Made by a program: the position numbers and the translations under genes
The notes under the pieces: model-generated
The model's database searches: none
Seen by the model: only the letters and a program-made list of their open reading frames with translations
What the model was told of the DNA's origin: nothing
In this document: one piece after another, positions 31,081 through 43,181 of the stretch
How positions within the stretch are numbered: position 1 is the stretch's first letter
Layout: each line of letters opens with the position of its first letter
Origin: Kondoa subrosea
Lineage: Eukaryota
Assembly (NCBI GenBank): GCA_039545335.1
Contig: BCIN01000008.1
Span: 124,001-188,000 of the forward strand
Direction of reading: 5' to 3'
Length of the DNA stretch: 64,000 nt

Positions 31081-31199
31081 AGGGAAGAGTTGAGAGAGGG
31101 TTTGTTGATTTCGCCTTATGCAGCTCGCGTGTTGTAACTTATGTCATCGAATTTCGAAATGTGATTTTCTGTCTTGTTTGCAAACAAATGCAGTGCTAA

Positions 31200-33562
31200 A
31201 TGATACCTCTGGCTTTGATACTGTCTGTGCTCTTGATACCCTTTGCTCTGGCGCAAGACTTGCCGTGTAGAAAATGGGGCTTCAATACAGCCTTTGGCAT
31301 CTCGCCTATAAACAGCGGTAGCAATTCGACCCTATGGTTGAGCGGAGGTAGACAGAGGACGAGCGCAGGCCAGACATCTGGGAGTAAGTTAACCATCCAA
31401 AAAAACAGAGGTGTGACAATGAAGCTCAATGTGCATGATAGCGTGGACATCAGATCTGCTGTATCTAGATCTCTCGTCTAGTTGGAACATTGGCTCCCCT
31501 GCTCTGTATAAGGCATCCTCATCTGCACCAGCCTTAGCTCTAGGAGGCCTCTACTCATCCAACAATGGCAGCTACATCTATTCTTTCGGAGGAGCGGCGA
31601 GCGATAGCCCAAGAGCTGAACCGCCGGATCCACAGCTAAATGTGTACAATATCGAAGACAAGTCTTGGTCAACTTCTTCGTCAGACAACCTTATGCGTCC
31701 TGCAGAAGGAGCAGCTTGTGCTATCTCCCGAGACGCATCTGGTCAAGAGCCTCTTGCAATTTTTGGTTTTGGGCATTTAGACTATCTCACGGATCCGACA
31801 TGGTCTATGCAAACCGCTCGAATTCTGCTTAATTCCATGGTTGCCATAGATCTCTCGGATCTTTCCTTCTCCAATATCACCTCGGGACCTGGAAGAAGAG
31901 CTGACAATACCCTTTCGTTCATCCCTTATGCCGGCACAAATAGGCAAGGCATACTAGTTCGTCGCCAGTTTTTTGCCAGCGAATGTATCTTAGTAGTGTA
32001 GGTCTCGGTAGGTGGATATGATGGGTCAAGCTTACTTAGCAACAACAACTTGGATGTCTATGATATAGGGAGTAATTCCTGGTCCAAGTATGTACCTTCC
32101 ACACATACTTGCTAGATTTCGAATGCTGAACCTTGGTTTAGGCAGGCTACAAGCGGTGATTCGCCTAGTGGCCGTATCAATCATTGTGCTGCAGAAGGTA
32201 GAGTCTTCGTCGGCGGGATATGGCAGGTAGGCGAGCTAGTCACAGGTGATCGGGGCTGGTTCATCTGTTATAAAAGCACCAGATTTTCTTCTTTGGCGGT
32301 CAGAATCTAGATCAATCGACTCAATACAATGTGAGCTGACTTCGTGCTCAAATATGAATGATCTCATAGCGCTGATCAGGATGTCTACGTTCTTCTTCTA
32401 CCTGCTTTCGAATGGCATCGCATTTCCACGAGCGGAAATAATGCTTCGCCACGGGCTGGTCATACTTGTGATTTCGTTGGCTCGCAATTGATTATTCTCG
32501 GCGGATATGTACAAGATGTAAACAGCTGCGATCAAGACCCTCTTACTATCCTTGATGTGGAAACTATGCAATGGACAGGCTCGTATGATTCATGTGGGTC
32601 TGCACAGTCCTTGTTGCTCGTCTGAGCTGACGGTTCTGTCTCAAAATATAGCTGCTACTATCTACAAATCGCCGAAAACTCTCTCCTCTTCAATCATTGG
32701 TAATTCAGGTACAACCATTGGCGACGGCAATGCAAACAGCAATTCAGATACTGATACTGTAGAAGGCAGCTCAGGGCGGAATCGCTATGAGCCTGCCGAC
32801 GGATCTTCAGGCAATTCTTCACCTGGTTCAAATGAGACGATCTCTTCAAGCGGTTCAGAAGCTACTCAGAAGCTCAACGGTGGTCATACAAAATCAAAAG
32901 TCAGTACGCGTCAGAACGAATCTAATCCTACGGCAACATCAACTTCCCCTTCTTCCCCCTTTTCTTCCAAACCTTCATTAATCGGTATCATCTTTTCGAT
33001 TCTCGCTCTGATCTTCATCAGTACTGCTGTGATCCTGTTCCTCTTAAGGCGAAGGAGAAGAAGGAAACAGTCTAGATATGGACAACTGAATGATGAAACG
33101 AGCGAAATCGATTCCATCTTTGATGCGTCGGAAGATCAATATTCAGATCCATTCTTACCGCATGGAGACAGACAATCTTCGTTCCCAAGGAGAACAAACG
33201 TCCCTTTGAATCGATTCGCTTTAGACAGTCGAAGTCAATTCTCCATGGACGTGCAAGAGGATTATGAGGATGATGGAGATCAAGATCCATTCGGGGATCA
33301 TAATGTGGTTGTTGTTCCCGCTACTCCTTCAAGTGATAAATACGTCAGCAGTACAGAAGAAGGAAGCAATAGTCGACCTAGTTTGAGGATGAGGAGATCT
33401 CATGAGAGTAGGGATCAAGAAGGGTTGAGCCCGAACAATTCAATCAGCGATAGGAAGACGGTCAGCTCTTTTGGTGGGAAAGTGGAGGATATGTCTTATC
33501 AGGAGGATGCTGCTGGTGGTCGATTAGCAAAACGTGATAGACTGTCGATAGCGAATCCTTAA
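31200..33562 (+). CDS. Kelch-repeat type I membrane protein
   Basis: Signal peptide, Kelch-like GG repeats (LWLSGG, IYSFGG, FLFGG, GHTC...LIILGG), Ser-rich stalk, TM helix followed by RRRRRRK. Confidence 0.8.
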
Positions 33563-33614
33563 TGTGTATGTAAATTATATTATGGGCAGAGGGTAATACA
33601 CGAGTCTGTCTAAG

Positions 33615-34475
33615 CTAGTCCGCTAACCATGCTGCTCGTTTCTTCATCTTCTTTTCCTGCGCTTTCGCTTTGTATCGTTCCTGAGGCTCCAAATCAGCTT
33701 CAAATCAGTGTACGCAGTGGCAATTGACTAACTAATTCCGCCTTGGTTGGTTTCCGCTTCTTCTCAACTTGGCCAGCAGCTTCGGCAGCCATTCTTTTCG
33801 CATTCTCTTCAGCTTTGGATTTCTCCCAACCATCCACATCAAAGAAGAATGCATTTTGCCTTTTTGCTCTATTGAAATCCGACACTCTATCCGGATTCTT
33901 TTCAGCATCAGCTTCGAATTTGCCTGTCCTGGCATTGAATCGAGCTGTAGCCGTGAATTTAGATGCTGGACCCATTGGATTTGAGAGAGATGGATCTAGG
34001 TAAGCTAGATCTGGATCGATACCGTCTAGTGCATCTACTGGACGCTTGAGAGGGTTCACTGCTTGTGTAGGTGCTGGTTTGGCTGTTGAAGTGATTGGGT
34101 TCTCCCAAGTTGTTGTATTTGTCTTGGAGTTATGAAAGTAGTAGGCATTGTATCTAAACATTTGATGAGGGTTTGCGCAAGATATGAGAGCGTGAGAAGG
34201 GAGACTAACTGTGCAGACCAGATAGCTTCCCAATCACCATTCCTCGGCGGTCCTTTTGAAGTAGCAGCAGCTGTGGACGTAGTACTTGTAGTTTGCTCGT
34301 CAGTATGCCAGACTGGTTCCTCCTCTCCCTCTTGTTGGCCTGATTCCGATTCGGCTTCACTTTCGCTATCGTTCTCCTGCTCAACTTCCTTCCCTTTGCC
34401 TTTATCCGCACTTGGTCCTGGTACAACCTCCTCTACAGATGTCTCCTCGCGTTCTTTCGCAGCTGAATCACTCAT
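33615..34475 (-). CDS. WW-domain protein
   Basis: GDWEAIWSAQ-YNAYYFHNSKTNTTTWENP (WW domain); conserved fungal GIDPDL...ARFNARTGKF...RQNAFFFDVDGW...KRKPTKAEL. Confidence 0.85.
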
Positions 34476-34511
34476 ATTATTCGGTCGTCGTGCAAGGTTG
34501 AGAAATTGTGC

Positions 34512-36086
34512 ATGTTGCGAAGAACGACGAGCAAGATGGCAGAACACTTACAAAAGAAAGCAAGAACCACACCTTTGATTGGAACACATTCGTAGTTCGT
34601 CAACTCCTCCCTCTTCTTTCCATGGTCAAATGGTCATTACTCCTGCGGTTTTAGCGTTCTTTTGAATCTTATGTGGTATGAGATACCTGATGGTGAAAGG
34701 ATAGAGGCACATTCCATGCTGATGAAGCTCTGGCTGTACATTTCCTCAAGACTTTGGATGCGTACAAGAACGCAGGTCCGCATTGACTTGGAAGCTAGCA
34801 TTATTTATGCTAAGTTTTGAGCCTTCCGGACAGATCTAGTTAGAACAAGAGATCCTGCCCAATTAAATGAATGCGATATCGTAGTCGACGTAAGGCTTTC
34901 TTCCGCATAAAATGATAGAATTATGGAAAGAGTGCTGTTACAGGTCGGAGGAGTATACGATGACGCGAAGAAACGTTACGATCATCATCAGAGAGGGTTT
35001 TTCGAGACGTTCAGCCCTGAACACAAGACGAAGCTTTCTTCCGCAGGCTTGGTCTACAAGTGCGGCAGGTGAACTCGACTGCAAACATTGCTAAAAGATC
35101 AATGCTGTGCACAGACACTATGGACCTGAGATTATTGCTACTAGACTAGGGCTGTCGAAAGATGATCCAAAGATTGGAATCCTTTGGCCAAAGCTATATG
35201 AAGATTTTGTAGAAGGTGCCTTTATCCGATGTTACAAGTAAAGAAAGCTCATTCTATTTGATATAAGCCCTCGACGGTATCGATAATGGCATCACTCAAT
35301 TCGAATCCTCAGACCCGAATGTACCTATCAACCGCTTGTACAAATCTCGAACGGATCTTTCTGCTCGAGTGGGCAAACTCAACCCAAACTGGAATGAGGA
35401 GTCCAACGATTCCACCTTAGATGTGAGTCCGATTGATTTGTCGCTGAAATTAAACGCTTACATGTTCTTTAGTCAAAATTCCAAATAGCATCAAAATTAG
35501 CAGGCGACGAATTCTTTGCTTCACTTGACTTTGCTGCCAACTCTTGGTTACCTGCCAAAGATCTAGTTCTCGCTGCTTTTGACAAACAGGATCTAGATCC
35601 TCGAGTTCTGATTCTGGATGGTAGCACTCCTTGGAAGGTCAGTCACAACCTTTTGTATAAATATGTCAGCTGACTGTGTTGCAGGAACACTTATACAACA
35701 TCGAAAAGGAGCGCTCAATACCAGAAGATCAAAAAATCCTCTATGTGCTCTATCCTGAATCATCGTCAGAAACATCGAAATGGAGAATTCAAGCTGTACC
35801 TGTTTCATCGGAATCGTTTGCAAGCAGGAAAGCTTTACCTGAGCCGTTCGTTCCTTCATTTGTGCATTGAGTATCGCTGATCGAATTTGATAGATGGAGA
35901 GGAGTGAGAGATCAAGCTTTGAGTGATCTGACTGGAATCGAAGGGTGTATCTTTGTCCATGCGAGCGGGTTCATTGGAGGTCAGTCAAAGTCTGATTTTG
36001 AGCGAGTGCGAGCTAAATCGGTTTTGGTAGGTGCGAATTCGAAACAGGGCGCGGTGGAAATGACGAGGAAGGCTTTGGCTTTCTGA
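34512..36086 (+). CDS. MYG1: MYG1 exonuclease (UPF0160)
   Basis: [61 protein letters not shown]. Confidence 0.96.
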
Positions 36087-36553
36087 ACACTTTTGACTGA
36101 GAAGTACCGTATTCAGGTGCAAGTAGCGTTGCATAACGCAATGAAATGGGATGGTCCCGTTGCTTTTCAACAATGTGGCAGCTATGCAGCTTAAGGATTT
36201 GTACAAGTCACAATGAAGGATGTTTTGGATCGGTGATATGCTAAACTTCGGATTGCTAATAGTAAAAGTCACTCGAGCACAAAATGATATTGCATTGCAG
36301 CTGTGAGCAATTTTGCGTCGCTGATCAAACTAAGAGTACACGAAGAAGAGCTGTCTGAAGAGAAGAAGAGCAAGCTTTACCAGACTAATAAGCGAAGGAA
36401 TGAGCATGCTACATAAAAGCTCACGACGTTTCACTTTGAAGCAACAAAAGCTAAGCCGAAGGCATCATCATCATGTGGAGAATAACGGAACAATAGAAAC
36501 AAGCAACAACTAGTAGGCGATTCAGTCATATACAATGATAGCGCGGATTCTGC

Positions 36554-37343
36554 TTACTGAGTTGCGTCAGACCCATGAGCGAATCCAAATGCTTTCGCTT
36601 TCTGTAACTTATCGTTATCTTTCCGCCAATCGTGAAAGTGATGATTCAGCCATAGTTCAGCTTGTTCTCGAGCAAGTAGTTTAGGCTGAAAAGCATCTGA
36701 TTTGCTGGCCGAGAAGTATTGTCCGTCGAGAAAAGCTGTAGCAGTATGCACGAGGTCCAGAGTATCGGTCATAAAATGCACCAAGTTGTACACTTGGATG
36801 CGCGTATTTAAGTGACAAGAGTGAGTTTGACCAAAAGCAAGCGAGTTTGAGCACCATAAGCTGGATTTGAGAGACAGCTTGATCTTCTTCGAGGAAGCTG
36901 CTGCCGTTGTATTCTGTACAATGAGCTTGCGCTTTTCGGCTGTCTTGCGTTTGGGTGCAACAGCAGAGACTAGAGATCCTGTCGTGTCTGTGAACATTGC
37001 TATACGAAATCAATTGTAACACGGAACCAACCTTGCGTTGTTCGCTGCTTTCCGCGAGCACTCTGTAAAGAGAACCAGAGAACGTCAGGACGCGTTCAAA
37101 ACAATGGCAAATGGGATTAGCCTTCTCGGCTAGCTTGGCCTGTAGCAATGCAGCTGCAGCTTGTTTGAAGCGTTGATAGCCTGGTACATCACACTGGACA
37201 AAGAAGAAATCATCAATGAGAAGCGAGCCGCTTGATCATCTAGAAACACTTGCAGTGCGAGTCCCTTGCTCGGCAACACTTAGAGCAGCGATGAATTGAA
37301 CATGAGCTTGATCTGCAGCTTTGGTGAGCGCGTTGAGGTCCAT
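36554..37343 (-). CDS. Hypothetical protein (multi-exon, includes a probable GC-AG intron)
   Basis: MDLNALTKAADQAH... splices in frame into ORFs 36681-37148 and 36554-36997; no recognisable domain. Confidence 0.35.
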
Positions 37344-37760
37344 TAGCTCGACTTGATTTGTCGCTTCAAGGCAACTGTTTGGGAAGAAGGTCTTTCTTTG
37401 GTTTCTGATCTTCTTGCGCGAGCACGTATCCAGCTCTGGTCAACAACACACTCTCTCTGTATGGCCTCCTAAGCAGGTCGATCTGCTACGTAGAGATGTA
37501 ATCCGTCTGTCATGTCCCAACTTCAATAATTTCATGCTGTTCTTCTGTCTGGAGTGCTATTGCGAAGACTGTCAGATCTGAAATGCGTTGAGGCCTGCGT
37601 GTATTTGTGCGATCTTCGACGTCTGTTGAATACAACAGAGCCATGAGATTACACGAGTATGTCTTCTGAGCGCTTCTTGTCGGCTTGCTCGATTCGTTTC
37701 CACTTCTCAATCTTGCTCTCTCAAACGTCCTTCTGCTCAGAATAGACCAATAGTGCGAGC

Positions 37761-40700
37761 ATGTCAGAATCTGCAGCAGCATCAGGCCCTGTGCCTTTTA
37801 GGCCTCTTGGGGAATGGTCCATAGAGGCTCTGCAGGAACTTCTGAGCGCAGACTCGATACCTGAAAGTGAGCTGTTTTCCCTCCAACGATCAGCATGTAT
37901 TGAATCTGGCATGCAGATGCGGAGGACTGCGCTGCCTGGCTCACTCAACTGGGCATTAGAGGTACATCAAAATCCTACTTCATATCTTTCGACACTGAAT
38001 ATTCATAGATGCTCCGCCTCGACGATCAGTAGTGCGGGTGAGAGCAGCTGTTAGCACTGCTGTCAGTGCTCCTGTGGCCAATACGTTTGCTTCCGGTCAG
38101 TGCATCATGCTTGAAAGAGCATTGTTGACAATGACACAAACAGATCTGTCTGCCTCAACTGTAGAGAACAAGCGGGAATCAGGCTACTCCTCTTCACAAG
38201 AATCTGATGCATATGATTCTGATGATCTGTGTAAGGGTATGCTAATTTGTTGATGTATAGGCTCTTAAGTGCTGAACAGATGAAATAAACGAATCCGATA
38301 TCTCATCAGAAAGCGATAATGAATCAGCAATGAGCGATGAAGATGGCGAACTGGATCAAGAGCTGAAGGCGCTGGTAGAAGGAGACGATGCTTGGTTCGA
38401 AGACATCGAGAGGTCCAGAAGGAATGCTAAAGCAAAAGGCTGGTCGTCAAGCAAGAAGAAAGAATTGTATACAGAAGAGCAACTGGCCGAAATGACCTCA
38501 CGACTACTCAAGTTCTCTGAATCTTCTATAGCAGCAAGACTTGAACAACAACAGCTACTATCCTCTCACACCATTTCTGGCATACCTTCCCTAGCACCAC
38601 AGATAATCAAGCAAACGCTCTTGGACCTCATCAACATCAGTAGGAGGCAGGATGGTCTGGTTGAATTTGATTCATCTTTACCTCTTCTTGCAAACGATGG
38701 TCTCAACGCAATGCTGCTTCAGATGCGTCTTTCTGGACTCACCTTTCATCCTTCTCAGCTACCAGAAGCCCAAAGATGTCGCTACTTTCGCAGAATGACG
38801 GCGGACAATGTTCTACCTTCACCCAACACATGTCAGTACTACGTTCGTCTCAAGCCATACAATTGCAAAACCGAAGCTTTGAGGGATATCGAAGAGTACG
38901 AACGACAAAACAAACATGACCCAATTCTCGTCTATCTTCTTCGCCAAATGTTGTCTGAAATTCAAGAAGGTGTTCCAATCTGGATTCCGTATTTTGGTCA
39001 GACCATCTGCGAAACTCCTTTTGGAAGGGAGAAAGCAGATAAGAAACACCAAGATCGAGCAAGATTGAGTAATTTCTTGAGTATTGCTGGAAGGGATGAT
39101 GTGGAAGTATGGGAATTTGTTTCGCTGGCAACAAATGTATCAGATGCATCAGAATGGGCCAGTAATCCTTGTCTCGGCAATGTGGAAGAAGGCTTGGTAG
39201 ATCTCACTGGGATTAATTGCTCCTTCATCGCGGCTCGTGGCGGTCATTGTCCGGATCGAGCTGTAACAGGCAAAGTTGAAGAGCTTCGCACAAAGACGTT
39301 GGCTTTCTGCGATGCGCCGCTTGAGTTGGATGATCTAGTACCTGATAAATCAAGTAACCTATATCAACAAGCTTCTCGGACTTTTCCTTCTTCTCTTTCC
39401 GATGCAAATGCAGTTCAAGATCGAGCAGAAATTCTTGGTAAATGTGCCGTATCGAATCGATCGAGTTGGGAAGACAGGCATGGACAAGAAGCGATGCGCA
39501 AAGTTCAAGAGAAATTTCCACAGCACCCTCAAGCTTGGTCTTTTCTTGCTACTACACGCAAATTGGTCAAGTTGGGGAAAGGTGTCATGGATCGAACGAA
39601 GCTGCTAGTCTCGGCAATATCAGAATTGCTACCTGACGGTTCGCTACTATCTCTGCAAGTGATGAAGGACAACACTCGGCAGGATCTTACTGGCAAAGGC
39701 TCTGTCTGGGCAAAAGTGGCTGGGCAAGGGCCTGAATATATGAGGCGCTACTTCCTCAGAGCTCAAGACAAAGCGAAAAACCTTTTTGGATTCGATCTAC
39801 CTTCTATCTCAGCTCATTTTCTTGTGTTTGTCGACTTCTGGGATACAACGCTATGTCATGTCTTGATATTCGTCGCGATCTACCAGCTCCTGCGATATAT
39901 TCATCATGCAAAGCCTCGAATTTTGTTGGTGCAATCATCTAAAGTGAGCAGCACAGTCATTTCGAATTGTCATCTACTCAAATTGAATCTAGGTTTTCAA
40001 CTTGCTCCGATCTGGAATTCTTTACCGGCTTGAATACTACTCCGATCCTGCTCGTCTTGCAAGCTTTTACCTGTTCGATAACGAAAGTCTCAACTTTCTC
40101 ATCATCTTTATCGTGGTCATCATGGTGAATGGCATCCGCATGATATGCATAATATGGGTCGACTGTCCAGTAGAGGATTGGTTGCTTCATATCGGCGAAC
40201 CGATGGTCATTCCCACTGGTCGCGGTACATTCAGTATTATGATCCCGGTCAATGATTCGGGTGCATTAAAACGTTCACCTGAAGCAGCTCAATTGCACGA
40301 CAAGGTCGTCTTAATGGCGCATTTTCGATTTCAGATTGCGTGCAAGATTGCAAGTGTTCTACTATGGGATTTAGGAGACGAAGAGACTGCGATCGAAGTC
40401 AAGAACATCATCATCAAGATTCTACGCGAGATAGATTCGAATGGAGAATTTGCGAAGGCGAAACAACAACTATCCGAACAATATTTTCTCTTTGGTTCGC
40501 TCAGCAATACTTCGCAATATGTAAGAACGAGGGAACAGCAATCAGCCGAGAAAAGGGCTCATAGAGCATCAAAGCGCTCTGCGAAAAGCTCTACTAATCA
40601 TCACAAGTGAGTGTCCAATTCATCTGCGGAACGATTTTTCCAAGCTCATACAGAATCTTAGCCTTACCAAACAGAGCGAAAAGGTACAGGGATCTATTGG

Positions 40701-42021
40701 ATCACCTAGACGGAAGAAACAGCTCGTAGAAAAGCTGACCTACTGGCGAAGACAAGCTCGATGCTCCAACATTGCCGAGTGTCCCTCAGATCCGTCTTTC
40801 TTTACGCCCGAATTCGCTGAATTCTTTGTCTTTCGAGCTTGCCGTCACACTGCAATGATTTGGCTACTGAATTCCTTCCTGAAGCAACGCAGCACAAGCA
40901 CTCATCGTAAACTTTATCAGAAATTACAACGCGTCAAATCCACTACTTCAGTTATCGGACGAATGGACCTGATCCCTCATTTGCTATCTATTAAAGCCGA
41001 ACCTCAGCCGCTTTACTTAGTGCTCTGCCCGAAGTGCTCAAGCTGCGGAGTTTGGCTCAGCTCAAATGATACAGCCAAGCATGCATGCAGCATTAGTTCA
41101 GTCGATCAAGACGTCTCACGGCATTTTCGAACCCTTTCAGCAGCGACAGCTTTCTCTTCTGATGTACCAACGGAGTCCTTTCAACAGCGAATCATAAAAG
41201 AGGCATTCGCCGAATTGGACGTCGATCCGAAAAGTCTTGAAGAGCAATCCAAGGGCTCTACAACGCTTATTAGACGTTCGCGTAAAGCAGACCTGCTTAA
41301 ATACATTTCTAGCCATTCGTTCGAAGGCAAGGTTGAAGACGAGCCAGAATACCAAGCTATCTTTGATAGGATTTCAGAGAATACAGAAACGTGCGATTCG
41401 GATTCGGGTGACGAAATGAACAGGAAGAGACAGTGGTCGGAAGAGAAAAAGAAAGTCGAAGCTACTCGTATGAAAAGGCGCCCGCCTCGAGCGAAACGTC
41501 AGGAAACCTATGGCAGACTTACTCTGCAGGCCTCTCATCGCATCAGAGAGTTGTCCAGCATTGTTGATTTCTCGCACGGCATCGGTAATTACGATCAAGC
41601 AGGAATTCCTGATCCATTATTGGCTGGTCTCCGCAACTATCTATTCGAGTGTATAAAGCATTCCCCTATGCAGCTCTGTTATGGTCCCGCCAGTATGGCA
41701 ATTGGAGTTAATGCGCACATAGTGAGTTCGATTTACTTACAATTGCTCTCAGCCTTCCTGAACACATATCAGGTTGCGGCTATGCAGACTAGAGCGGAAG
41801 AGGTCGATCTAGGTGATGTAATATGGCCGTACCACGCAGAACGACAAGCCGCAAAAGATGAAGTCGTGAAGAAGCAATTGCAGGATTTGATCTCTTTCCA
41901 GCGAGAACGATTGGAGATTGAGTGGGTCTGGGCTGTGCACATGCGAAAAGAAGAGTGGGTGCCTGTGCATTATGACGGGTTAATATCCGATAGAAGAGAG
42001 AAAAGTGTAGCCTATGAATGA
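37761..42021 (+). CDS. Large orphan protein with degenerate GIY-YIG-like nuclease motif and Cys/His cluster
   Basis: Exons splice in frame from MSESAAASG through ORFs 38330-40033, 40002-40610 and 40855-42021; motifs YYVR...IPYFGQT...PFGREKAD...EEGLVDL...ARGG and CPKC...HAC. Confidence 0.6.
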
Positions 42022-42498
42022 AATACATGGAGATGGCTTTAAATACGAAAGTTGCCCTTTTGCGGTCCGAAGCCCATCTCACAAACGCGTGGAAGGGACA
42101 GGTAGCATCATCATCTTCTCTACAGAACTTCATTCCTTCTTCCGGTCGATCTTTGCACAACAGGGCAACCAATTCAAACAAAGAAACTACATCTTGTCTT
42201 GGTACTGCAGCTCTCCATTACTTGCTCCAGTACTTCGTCTCATCGATCCTTGATGGTAATCCTGTACAGTTCTACCTCTTCTTTATTCTTTAGCTTCTTG
42301 GGGCCTAGTGTTTCTTTGCATGCTATGTGTGATAAACGTTTCGATTCTTCAAAATAGAATGCATAGTAGATAAGAAACCAGTGATGAGACTAGCCATTTG
42401 CTTGACTGAAGGACGTAATACATTCTCATCCAGCAAAGTGACTCTATTGTGTCGCATCTCCAGTACGTGTGCACGCTCTACATAATTTAGAAAAATGC

Positions 42499-42505
42499 TA
42501 TATAA
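42499..42505 (+). promoter_or_regulatory. TATA element upstream of the split tRNA gene
   Basis: TATATAA about 40 nt upstream of the predicted mature tRNA 5' end. Confidence 0.5.
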
Positions 42506-42541
42506 TAGCAACACAGCCGGTCAATATCCAATAAATCTGAA

Positions 42542-42718
42542 GGGGTTTTGGCGGAGCAAGTTCCCTTCCTTAATCATCCTACTCAAAGCTAACTTTCTCT
42601 GCAGGTGGTTATCGCGGCAGGTACATTCGATCTCTACAGTACAAGAACCCATCTCATTCCCCTCAAGCCTAGAAAGCTGTTTCCATTTGGAGCGCATGTT
42701 CGAATCATGCAGACCTCG
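42542..42718 (+). tRNA. tRNA-Ser(AGA) split by two spliceosomal-type introns (exons 42542-42555, 42605-42620, 42668-42718)
   Basis: Joined exons give GGGGTTT TG GCGG AGTGGTTA TCGC G GCAGC CTAGAAA GCTGT TTCCATTTGGAGC GCATG TTCGAAT CATGC AGACCTC G: 81 nt, all four stems pair, long Ser-type variable arm, G73 discriminator. Confidence 0.9.
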
Positions 42719-42729
42719 GGATTACAATC

Positions 42730-42750
42730 TTTTTGTCTCGTTTTTGTTTT
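42730..42750 (+). terminator. RNA polymerase III terminator (oligo-dT tracts)
   Basis: Three T5 runs starting 12 nt after the tRNA 3' end. Confidence 0.7.
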
Positions 42751-42830
42751 TGGCCTTCAATTCAAAAAGGAAAGTTAAACTCGTCTGCGTAGCTAATCTA
42801 ACCTCTTTGCCAAATAGAATCTATAGCTGT

Positions 42831-42880
42831 GATAGATGAGAGAGATAGAGAGCGAGAGAGCGAGAGAGATAAAGCAGAGC
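42831..42880. repeat. GA-rich simple repeat
   Basis: gatagatgagagagatagagagcgagagagcgagagagataaagcagagc. Confidence 0.6.
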
Positions 42881-43181
42881 ATCGAAGATTGAAATCCAAA
42901 GAGAGGGTGTCAATTGGGACAAAAGAGTTATCCAAACGATATTCTTGAAATAAGATAGAGCCCAAGAGCTCGCCACGGAAGCCACTGACGACGTAGAAGC
43001 AATTCAAGTCGATTCCGTCTGGAACACGAAATAGAAAGCAGAAAACGAAACAGATCATGAGCCAGCTAAAGAGCGGTCATTGCCGACTGAGCAGTGAACA
43101 GTAGGGAGCTCAAGGCTAAAGCAGGAACGCTCTATACTGTTAGAGTTCATGCGCATGACCGTGTCAAGAGAAAACACGTCA

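Noticed and set aside
36100..42500. Terminal inverted repeats or LTRs bounding the orphan block
   Set aside because: None visible by eye, so no mobile_element feature was called
42380..42540. C/D snoRNA upstream of the tRNA (GTGATGA ... CTGA)
   Set aside because: The only candidate guide (AGCCATTTGC) is mispositioned relative to the D' box and no terminal stem is evident
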